This document shows positions 1-11,100 of a stretch of DNA of 64,000 bases, one piece after another. The notes beneath the pieces are model-generated. The model saw only the letters and a list, made by a program, of their open reading frames with translations. It had not been told where the DNA came from and searched no databases. This DNA comes from Phoronis australis. Lineage: Eukaryota > Animalia > Phoronida. A program made the position numbers and the translations under genes. Where the stretch lies: NCBI GenBank assembly GCA_002633005.1, contig NMRA01001003.1, forward strand, positions 8,133 through 72,132. Reading direction: 5' to 3'. The first letter of the stretch is position 1. Each line of letters opens with the position of its first letter.

Positions 1-181
1 GTGTTCCCACGATCCCAATTTCGACCAGTGCGAAATAATGTTTGACGTGCGATTCGAGTGTGATGTGTATGGCACTTGATTCTACACTTTCACTGTGCGG
101 ACTTAAAACCCTACTTAAGGGGTGGTTTACTGACTAATCTCTTTGATGTCCATGTTACAACACTACCAAGGCCATCCATAC

Positions 182-3035
182 CTCTCTAATGGTGTGATTT
201 TCTGTGTCAGCAACGTAAAGTAGTCCACCAGTCTTGTAGCAAATACCTTGAGGAGAGTTGAACTGAGCCTCGTCAAATGATCCGTCGCGCAGACCCGGAG
301 ATCCAGAGCCAATACACTCCTTTGAAATACAACGCAAGATTACAATTCGAAATTAGCATTTAAAAGAAACTTAAAGCTGCACTTCAATTGAAGTACCTTG
401 ACAACCCATGATGGAAAGTGACAAATAAAAATTGGATAGTCATTAAATACCATTTTCAGTTTTAGACCAAGGCCGCGTTTTGCATTATTTGATGCAGCCT
501 AGGTACTAAGTGATTACCTTCTTCACCAGGGATCAAATTCCGTAAATAACTAATTTGCTATTTATAAATCTATGGCTAAGATGTTAAGAACACTTGAGGA
601 CAGAATCTCATAATGAAAATAATGCCCAGAAGTTTATTATCATGTAACCCTGTCTTTTTAAACGTCATAAATTTCAGACAGTCACAAATTTTTTGACATA
701 AAATTTGTACATTTATTGTTTCTTTATTCTAATAGTTACAAAAAGAAGTCTGAAATTTTCTCAACGACTTTTAGATGAAGAACAATACTGCTAAAAGTGA
801 TGACATCAACAGTCCTTATAAGTATACCAAACCCAGTTTTGACCTATTAACAGACACTAAAAAGACTTTCCCCGTCCTGTTCTGTGAAACAAAATAATGC
901 TTTGTAGCCCTTGACAACACTCAAAAGTTTGGAGGAAAGTTTGAAAACACCTTTCAAAGTCTGCTAAATGGGCAAGTGTGACCTATGCTTTTAGCGAATT
1001 ACACGGTAACTGTGGGAAAACACCCACCAAGGACCATAATGTCCAATCTGACATTAAAGAGAACGAGTTTTTGGTCGATTCCTGATTTTAACTTCCTAAA
1101 TTGACACCAATGATGTATTACCAGGTGACTGAACAAAGATTGGTTGAAATCATCAAAACAGGATTTAATGTCATTTTAAGAAAGTGGAAGTCCTCAGTTG
1201 TGTTCTCAGGTTAAGATGCTTTAACAGAAAATCCCTGATATGCTTTCTTGTGTGAAAAAAGTATTGTTCGTGGAAATTATGTCAATTATAGTTAAAAATA
1301 ACATTTTTTAAGGAGAAAATCCATTCACATGATTACAACCTTCTTTCCACTACTTCTGTAAACATGACAAGATCACGGGATGCTCAACGATAGTTTCATG
1401 GGTTTAAATTTACTTATTAAAATTTCTTTATTAAAGAAATTTAAACCCAAGCAATGAAACTGGTTAGTTACCTTAAGTATAAGCTAAACAAGACAGGTTG
1501 GTGTGTGTGTGTCACATACTTTCAGTTGATAAAAGTACCATCAAATTGGCCTCATTTGCCAACAGAAATTTTGTGTTGTCCTCTTGTAAAGTAATCTGAA
1601 CTGTTTGGAAGAGTAGGACAAACACTACAACACTACAGTTTACTTCATTCTTTAACAATTTCTTACTATGGCTATAGCAGGTATGACTTGTTACCTCAAC
1701 AACACCAGTTTGTGAAACCACCACCAGAACTCTGTGGTGACCAGTGTCTGATATTATGAGTCTCTCTCCCGAATCATTCAAACAGATTTTTCCTGGAAAC
1801 ATCAGTGGTGAGCTAGGCAGAGATAACTTAATCGGTGCATGTCCGATGGGGTCAGACTTGATTATTCCACGAGTCTGATACACACTCAGTGCTGCCGAGA
1901 CAAAATCCAGCAGGATTTCCCTATGTCCCTCTCCGGCTAGAGATAGCAGTATGTGACCAGTAGGACCGACGACAACCACAGTAGGCCAGCACATGATACC
2001 AAGACGGTTCCACATGGTTGTCTGATGGTCATTGACAACTGGATGTGTTATGTTGTAGCGCAGAATGGCACTGAGGATGTTGGCGGATGTCTTTTCATTG
2101 TCAAACTTGGCAGAGTGAACACCAACAATGACGAGCCCATCAGTGTCAGTGTGTTTGCTCTCTATGACGTGAAGGTCAGGCAATATATGCATGCAGTTTA
2201 TGCAGCAATATGTGAAAAAGTCCAGCAGACACACTTTGCCATCAAGCTGCTCTTTAAATGACAGACCTCTTGATACATTCATCCACTCCAGGCCTGAAAT
2301 GTGAAGACATAGCTCAAAACAATTCTAGAAAATGAACAATGAAAATAATTATGTTCAAACCCAAACACTTCATTTTTAAAAAACATAACAGCAAAGCGAA
2401 TACTATTACTACTTCAACCAATCCTGCATAAGAGATGAAATGAGCAGTCATGTGAAAATAGGCAGGATTCAAGGCCAGTGTTGGAAATGTATTGTAATTA
2501 ATATGATATCGACAGAGATCAAAGCACCTATTTCCCTTATGACTAAAACAGATATCCAAGAAAGTTTCCTCAGAATCCTGAATTAAATATCTTCCACATG
2601 AATTAGATAAAGGGAACAATCTGGAGAGCTCAAATCTCTCACATACAACACTTAATTCACCACGCTTGAGTAGCACTTTTGGTAAATGTGCATAAACTTA
2701 TTTAAGCTTGGACATGAATATTCAAGCTTGGTGAATATTAGTCAAGCTAGCTTTTGGGCTTATTTCATGGTTAGTTTTACTGAAGCTTTACCTGCGCTCA
2801 GCAAACTATAAAGGGCCAAATCCTGTAACAGCTTACAGTGTCACAACTCAACATAGATTGGTGTCATGGAAAAACCATGCTACAGACCCATACCCTTATC
2901 AAACTCAGGCACTCTGAACTTGTGTTCTTCCATTTTGCTGATATGATCAAGTATTAAATCCCTCTTTGTGTCCTGCTTCCTCGCACTTTGCAACGCATCT
3001 TTAAGTTGAATGCTGGCATCTACCACAGTATCCAT
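182..3035 (-). CDS. NHLRC2: NHL repeat-containing protein 2, 5' part (first 3 coding exons; gene continues beyond the left edge)
   Basis: Exons 3035-2894 ([15 protein letters not shown]...RVPEFDK, phase 1, GTATG donor), 2293-1695 (GLEWMNVS...[23 protein letters not shown]...[12 protein letters not shown]...[11 protein letters not shown]...CWPT...LMFPGK...ISDTGHHRV) and 319-182 ([25 protein letters not shown]...[13 protein letters not shown]). All introns are GT-AG with consistent phase (293 codons). A thioredoxin-like domain with CCINC followed by NHL repeats is diagnostic. Confidence 0.95.
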
Positions 3036-3600
3036 TTTGCTTTACAGTCACACTTCCCTCGTCTTTCTGAACTCTAATGAATCCCCAAGCACAACAGCCT
3101 AGTAAAATGTAGAAAAAATTGCAAAATAGTAGTGAAATTTCTGACGATATTCATAATATGGTATTCATAATATCAGAGGCATAAATTATTTCTACGGGCA
3201 GGAGCCAAGTTTAGAACGGCATTCTCTAGCATTAATGAGCAATCACTGACACCGTGACAGTACTATAATAGGCCTACAGTACCAAGCACAAGGCTGCAGT
3301 CACTACAGACAGTACCACTGTCTCACCTGGCCCCATTAGAGAAGGTAACCATCCCTAGCCCTCCATACACTGGAAGCTTTTTGTCCAATTATGCCTCCCA
3401 CTGACTAAACCATCAAAGTCATGTTGCTATAAGTACCATTTGCACAGAGAGGGACACCTCAGGAGGCCGTCAATGTCTTTAACTCTTCTCAGCTAACACA
3501 AATACTCCCAGAATTAAACTTTTCTTTTCTTTTCGAACAATCCTTCGTTCAGTAGCACAAATGGGCAACTGGGCATTTTTACACAGCTCGCACCAGGGCA

Positions 3601-3761
3601 TAGATTACTACATGGCGAAGCCGTTATCTCCCAAAATCTAGTGCCTGAGTGTATCTTGGAGAATTATCGTCCAAGGGTCATGAGCCCATTGGGCAATAAT
3701 TCTCCAAAATCCCCGAGGGCTCTAAATAAGGGAGATATCGACTGAGAACATGTAATGTCTA
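3601..3761. repeat. Imperfect palindrome, ~160 bp
   Basis: TTGGAGAATTAT (3656) / ATAATTCTCCAA (3696); TATCTCCC (3625) / GGGAGATA (3730); outer TAGA..TACATG / CATGTA..TCTA. Confidence 0.75.
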
Positions 3762-4291
3762 TTTATACCACATACTAAACAATAAACACTGCAACGAATC
3801 GGTCTGCCTGTCTCGACTCACCTTGGCTTTGGAACTACTTTCTATGTCAGAGGCCCAGGGTCGGAGGTCGTGACCTTTTAAGAAACGCTGAGTCATTCTT
3901 GTTAAAACAATGTTTTTATTTAGAACGAATTGAAAATTTAAACAAAATAGAAAAAAGTGAATCTATAACTTTAAGTAAATAGGGTAACTTATAAAACATC
4001 TTATCATGCTAACCTTCCACCATGAAAATATCGTCTGCTAAAGTAGGTTACTGAATGTAATGTCCAAGTCAAAGATTCCCGAATCCCGATGACATGTTAC
4101 CCACATTTAAACTGGAGATCGATTATTTACAAGTGAGAGAAAATAGATAAATTTTACTGAATTAAAGATATCATTTTTATTAAAATTGTGACACCTTCTT
4201 TTTCACAGCATGTCGGTAAAATGCTGTTTGTTGAACATGCAATCATTGCACGTCCTCTTTTATTCAATTTTCATGTAAGATGACGACAACT

Positions 4292-4355
4292 GCTCAGTGG
4301 TTAAAGCGACGGCTGTCGTTAAACTAAACTTGAGTGAAGACTGCTCGAATCCGGC
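4292..4355 (+). mobile_element. Degenerate tRNA-derived SINE head
   Basis: A-box-like GCTCAGTGGTTAAAGC and B-box-like GCTCGAATCC; no intact cloverleaf. Confidence 0.35.
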
Positions 4356-4683
4356 AACAGATTCCCGCCAAAATGTTAATCAACACACGATGTTTAACAT
4401 AATGCATGGGTTTATCAATGGTTGTAATCGCCATGTCAGGCTGATATGATATAAAACATCATATCCCCTGGCTTCCAGTGTATGGAGAGCCTATGGGTAT
4501 AATACGGACTATGTCTATGGATGGAATGACTACCGTCTCTACTGGGGCTAGGCAACACGTTGTCCCTCGGGCTCGGCCTCGGTTGGCTCAGGACCCAGTG
4601 GCCAGTCCCAGGTTATCAAGTAATTGCCGATATTGGGGCCAGTTGGGACGGTGGCACTGCCTGTCTGTAGAGCTATGACTCAC

Positions 4684-5060
4684 ACGAATTAGAAAGTGAA
4701 ATGGGCAAGCAGCAAACAAATCAATCAATACTGGGATCTCAGCAACAGAAAAGAAATTGAGGAAAGTTCTTTACAAACCAGCAAGTTGTCATCAGTTCAA
4801 AAACGTTTCCTGTCAAACGATTTCTGCTTTCAACACTGAAGAGAGCAGAAAATACCCAGACTGATCAAAATTTTTCTTCAGTATAGCACAAAATTGTCCG
4901 AAAAAACTCCTTTTCCAAGTAGTAGTATTTTTACCGTTGCGCTGATATTAACAACACGTTTTTAGCATATATTACAATTAAATCCGCACATTGACAGATG
5001 TACTCTTTATTAGTGAAGGTTGAAAATGTCATCATCACGCTCGTCAACTGAAAATGGAAG
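4684..5060 (-). other. NHLRC2: Putative non-coding first exon (5' UTR) of NHLRC2
   Basis: Minus-strand GTGAGT donor at 4683-4678 and a polypyrimidine/AG acceptor at 3100-3099 just upstream of the ATG exon. The 5' end is not determinable; inferred. Confidence 0.4.
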
Positions 5061-5130
5061 AATGTGCGTCCTTTGACAACTACCTGCTTTTTGCGTCTAG
5101 TCTCAATTACATCGAATCATAAGATGGCAG
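4950..5130. promoter_or_regulatory. Putative bidirectional promoter between NHLRC2 and CACUL1
   Basis: The two genes are divergent. A YY1-like AAGATGGC motif overlaps the CACUL1 ATG (5121-5128). Position is inferred. Confidence 0.45.
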
Positions 5131-8100
5131 AACCAATGGACGATTCTCTTCAAACGCATGATAATGCAACCAGTGATTCAACAGGATCAAGGCCAATATC
5201 AGTACTCCGTCCTGGGGGAATGGGTAATGGTTTTTATGTTTACAACAATTTACAAATATTCTCAGTCACGCACTACGACACGGGTCAGCTTCTGGTCGTC
5301 CCCAATACACTATACATATGTACTACAAGGTGTGACTCTCGGGACTAGGGATTCCACGTGTGCTTCACTTAAGTCGTTCATATTAAACACAAAACTCAGT
5401 AAATTTACTCAAAACGGGTTCAACAAACCATGAGCAATTGTTCTTTCTTCTGATAGCATTTACAGTGTCTTAGCCTGGCCTAGCTGCTCCAGCGAGTTCG
5501 CAACAAATTCGCCGTCAAAGCACAAAGTTCTTCCCAAAAAGCTGATGCGTACTGTCAGTGTGCCCCATGCCAGTCGGTCTGGATTTATCCGATGAGTTAC
5601 GGATAGATGGCAATTGCCAGATCACGGAAGGTTACGAATAAGTGTGGAGTCATTGATTTCGTGACCTTCCATGACAAATCGGCAATTTCCATGGGGCACA
5701 TTGACAGTACGCATCAGCCTTTTGGGAATATTTTTGTGCTTTGACTGTGAATTTGTTGCGAACTCGCTGGAGCAGGACACCGTAAATGTTATCAAAAGAA
5801 AGAAAAATTGCTCATGGTTTGTTGAACCCTGTTTTGCGTAAATATATTGAGTTTTGTGTTTCATATGGATGACTGAAGTGAAGCACCCATGGAATTCCTG
5901 GTCCTGAGTGTCATACCTTGTAGTACTGTATTGGAGACGATGAGAAGCTGAGGACGCCTGCGTCACACACGAGCAATATGGAGTCTGTTGGCTGGTTATA
6001 TAAGGGCTGCAACACATACATGGTTTGGAAGCCATATCTAAAAATAGCATCAGTCAGGTAGTTGATTTCGTCAAAATAAACAGACGGTTTTGCCACAAAA
6101 AAGTGTGACAACCGATACGGTAGTAAGGATTTAAGGATCCGATGGCATCTGGGGATGTTTGAATAACTGTTACGATGCTTTCTTCGGTTTTACTGGTGAA
6201 GAAGTGCCTGAAGTTAAATTGGAGCTCATGATCAGCATCGACGAGCGGATATTAATGTGTTCGAGGTGAGCTCGCCTAGCAATTAAAGTTTGGATTATGA
6301 GGAATTTTTACAACTGTTGACTGCCGATTTGACTGCAGACTTGACCTATTTTATTTTAAGTGCTTTTCAAGAGATTTCTTTTGTGTGTCATCTGCCAACC
6401 AATGCAAACACTATTATTGGGTTACTCTACCTTGTTTCTAATCCAGCAGATAACTTTTGACACATTCACTACTGAAAACAACTGTGTCAATCAAAAAATT
6501 TTGCAAACTTAACTTTTTCGCTTCCTATAGAGATAGGAATTCGTCAACTTAATTTCTGAAGTGAAAATTATTCAGAGAAACATCCAAGTTGCCTTTAAAA
6601 TAAGATTTCACTTCAGTTTTCCTACTCTCATTAAGACAAGCATACATGTCATTATCTCACCTGCAGGAATTGTTCTTGTGACCTAAGTCTAGAACTTGTC
6701 TAACAATTCCAACTGTAAATATGGCTGACTTAAGTCATGTATGATTCAATGATTCTTTTGTGAACATAACTGATTTTTTGTTATGAAGATGCGATAATTT
6801 ATCTTGTGGTATCTTCCATTTTGACATCACTTTGTCAGATGTTTGGATGATGATGATGAACATTTTCAAGTAAAATAAAATTAATAACTAATGATAAATT
6901 GGAGTATTAACTTGAACATGTATAAGAGTAATTTCAAATTTCACCAGGTATGCTTGCCTATGAGTATCAACACCCTGTTATCCGGTTGCTCTACTTTCTT
7001 AAGCCAAATCATGTTGGGATACCACATTTCAAAAATCGTTGCAATTATAATCTCAATTAGTTACAAAAAATTATGACCAATGTTGTGAATTAATGTGAAT
7101 TCCTTTTGTTTTAATAGGATTAATGTAAGCACATGCCAGTGGATTTACAGATGGTAATGTTGTATTAATGTAAGCACATGCCAGTGGATACACAACTGCT
7201 AATGTTAGACCAAAAGGGTGAACACAGCTCCGCAATTGAAAATTTGTATTATTTGAATTATGCAACATTATGTTCCAAAACTTAAACTGAATTCCTAGTT
7301 TAACATTCTTTAGTAACAACAAACGTGTTTGTTGGCATCGTGTGCAGTGCATTAAAACTGGCCATGTTGTTAAATTTACACAAATTTGCAGTCCATATCA
7401 TTATTATTAAATTTTCACAAATTTCCAGTCTATACCATATATGATTATTCTATTTTTGTAGAGGCAAAAATTGCCAGGTCTATACTATTATTCCTGTCTC
7501 TACTATTATTGGGAATCGTGAAAAATTCCAGTCTATACTATTATTGTTGGCCTGGCGTGTGACACATGCAAAAGTAGATGGGAAGATGTCCAATGGAATT
7601 TTTAAAATTTGTGTCACTTGAACTTTTTGTTCCATCAGGAGGCGTGATTTTTTTTAGCATCAAGGCTACATTCACTGCAGATTCACCATGCTTGAGACCG
7701 TACCGAGACTTAAAACCAGGATCTTCAGTGTGAGAGTCAAGTGTCCTGATCGTTTGGCCAAAAGTCAGTTGCGCATTAGCAAACAATTCGGAGTTTGTTG
7801 GACTGTTCCTCACATGCATTACAGTGTTCTCTATTCCTGAAAGTCCAACAAATGTGTCGAAATGTCCACCCTCTACAAATAGAAAATGTTTTCATTGCAT
7901 AAAACAATAACTTCCTTGTACCATGGGCAGATCTCAATCATCTCATATGTTGTAACCATAATTGTTGAAGGAAATATGTTTGTATGATGCTTAAAAATAG
8001 CATGTTGGCGGCATTTTTGGCCGCGTGCGTTAGGGAGGGCGGAATCCGTAACATAAAGCTGCTCATGCCTAGAGAGGCCAATTTATTGAGTTGTCAATAG

Positions 8101-11100
8101 CATTTGTCTAATGACTTGCCTGTTCTTCCCAGACTTAACAATTTTTAATTCAACTTGTGTAAATTACAAATTACAGCTATTAAGCTAATTAGAATGCTTT
8201 GCTTTTATCAATTTCTGTAGTTTTAGTTCATGTCTTCCTTTTCTAGTTTCTTTGTCGATTACACCAGAAGACTACGCCAAAGAATATTGGCCACAACTAG
8301 AGAGTGCCATCAATCAGCTGTTGACCCTCAGTCCAGGAGATTACATCCCCATCTCGTACGAGCAAATGTACAGGTATAGTGAGTTTATAAAGTATTGACC
8401 CAGCTTCCATGACCCAAACTTACTGTTTGTATAGACCTCTTACCATTAAGATGTTGATATCAAATTAGAGGTGGTTTCTCGACTTGGAAATTTTTGCCTG
8501 GGTTCTATAGGCAGCGTATAAGTAGTCAAAATCAAATTTTTTCGTGCTGGTTTGTTGCTGGTACAGTAGGTTTGTAGACATTCCAAAAATGTACGTTCAT
8601 CAACTGTGTTACAACTTTCTTAAAAAATTGAGATAGATTGATGAGTTATGTTGCTATTGTGCCCTGATAGATACGGTTACAGAATGCTCTGATAGATCGG
8701 ACAAAAAATCTTGAAACTGCTGAAAAATGGCACAATTATTTGAAAGGTATTTGGCTCCCTGATTGTGTTTGGCATCATATTTCTTGGCATGGTACACGTG
8801 TTGGTTACTCCACCAGTATGTACTGTTATTAGTCGATAAGTGGTCAAATCAACTTGACAATGTTCTGCCCTGCCTCTGTTGAAGACTTATCGTCCAAATG
8901 CTACATTGGCTTTTTGTGTTCCTCCCCTTGTAGTTGTGTTTACAAGTGTGTTTGCAAGCAGTTCTCTGAAAGACTTTACACCGACTTGCGCAATCACATC
9001 TGCGCTCACTTAGAGAGAGTCTGTCACCATCTCCAGGTTGTGGTAAGTCTTGTAGTCATTTGATCAGAGCCATGTGATCCGAATCATGTGATCAGTGGCA
9101 AGTGTTATAATCAATGGTAAAATCTTGCCAATTTTCTACTAGAATAATTGTCAAAATTGCCTGTTATCATTTTCAAGGGATTCTAACATTGTTGTACACA
9201 TGAAGGTCCCCAATTTTGGTGGTAGAGGTTGTACAGAACTTGTGGAAAAGCAATAATTTGGTGGCACAAGTCTTATGGAAAAGAATGATGAGAATACGAA
9301 ATTTCATTTGTCTGTCATGTTATGTCCTAAATTGTTGAGATTTTTACCATGATTGTGGTCATGTGACTAGGGTCAAGTGATATATGCTTGTAGTCATGTG
9401 ATCAGGGTGGGATGTTAACAGCTTGTGAAGATTGTGGCTTAAAACTTCCTTTTCAAACTTTTTTTAATGTATTAAGGTCATAAAAGAGGTGACTGATGCC
9501 AAGTGGCCAAAACTTAATCTAGATCTGTTTGTGTTAGGTTTTAAAAAGGAACCTCGCTTAATGTTCTGCTGGCAGGTGGGCAATTTTTTTTCTTCAAACA
9601 GTGAAGCACACTACTTTTCAAATGAACTGTTCAGAACAAATGGTGCTTGTTTGGATTATCAAGTATTTTATATGCCTGCAATTCCCTTAATTTACAAATT
9701 GTATGATTATCTTGAAACCTGATATTTTAACGTTTCTTCCTGTATTATTGACATAACAGTAATTATATGGTCTTATTGCAGCTGCAGGACAAAGCCAGCC
9801 AAGTTTATGTGGAACAGTTCAGTTTTGCCGTCACTCAATACTTGCAGGCACTGACTGGCATTGTTCCCATCTTCAATTATATGGTGAGTGTCTATTTCAT
9901 GTTTTCCAAAGTCTGCAGCCTTTAACACTGCTGTGCTTTTTAAAGCCTTGATCCTCACCCAAGAATGATTAACTCCAGGGAATAGATGAACTAAACCATA
10001 AAGTAATTAAACATTAAGTATTTAAATGTTATTGAATGCATTTTATTTCTATCCTGATATCATATATTAATGTTTGATTAATTGTTTTTATGCTTTTGTT
10101 TAAGTTTGTAGTTGTTTTGAATATCGAATTTAATTTAATTGATTAAACGCATTTTTGCAGAATCGATTTTACATTGAAAGTAAACTCAAGACCAACTTGA
10201 ATGTTGAGTTGAAGAAGCTGTTCTCCGTTTTTGTTGTTGAAAAACATGCGACTTCTCTTTTATGTAAGTATCTGGTAAATAGGTTTATCGACAGTTGTCA
10301 GTTGTCATCCTCTTCACCATATGTCCTTTTAAATATTTGTTCATTTTCTCTCCTATCAGCCAATACTCAATTTATTCTCACTCATTAAACACCCCATATT
10401 GCCAGCTGCAGATCTAATCACTGGAGGCTAATCACATGGGACTGGTGACTCTTCACCTGCCTGTTCTGAGAGGTTCTTTTTCACAGCGGAAGGCATCGGG
10501 AAATATTTTGACTTTGTGCACAGATCATTTCACACGGTATTTGTTTAAACAAAAAATAATTGACATATTCATATACACTGAAACGTTATTGCCTTCTCTT
10601 CCTCTAGAGGTCACTAGTATCCCTTCTCACTTGACCAGTCATCATGTTCCTACTTGAAAGTCTTCCATTTGTTCTGCAACATTTTTGGATGTCACTTCAG
10701 CATATTTTTTATAGGCATTCTAAATCTTGTTTCAAAAATTACATTTAACTGTTCTTTTGAAACATAAAAGCAGTCCAGGTTCCAACTTCAACTTGTTTTA
10801 ACTCCCATAAATTACTTTTGAGGTAGCACCTGTAGGATATTGAGCCAGACCTGAGACGGCCATGTTTCTCTTGTCATGATTTTTTGATACTGAGGTGCAT
10901 GATTACAAGATACAAGATTACTTGATAACGATAGCCAGAGTGAAAAAAATAGCGACAAATTAAATTTCTTCTTACTGAATATTGGCAATTTGGTAAGCAG
11001 CGAACTTGCTTTTCTTCTGATACACTACCAGTTTCATCAATGTCTATAAGTCTCTGTGTTTGACTGCTTTTCAGTGAGACAATGGTGACGAACGTGTCTA

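Larger units (their letters stand above)
3303..4670. mobile_element. Non-autonomous DNA element with ~35-bp imperfect TIRs and internal palindromes
   Basis: CTACAGACAGTACCACTGTCTCACCTGGCCCCA (3303-3335) is the reverse complement of TGGGGCCAGTTGGGACGGTGGCACTGCCTGTCTGTAG (4634-4670) apart from a few changes. No ORF inside. Confidence 0.55.

Noticed and set aside
498-1476. TTAA-flanked Kolobok-like element in an NHLRC2 intron (similar hints at ~20430, ~39330 and ~52228)
   Set aside because: Termini too degenerate to pair confidently by eye; likely repeats but boundaries unsupported.
2193-2210. Selenocysteine in the NHLRC2 redox motif
   Set aside because: Codons are TGC TGC ATA AAC TGC (CCINC); no in-frame TGA.
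6142-6270. ATGGCATCT...GAG|GTGAG as the first CACUL1 exon
   Set aside because: In-frame TGA after six codons; 5124-5223 gives the correct phase-1 join to exon 2.
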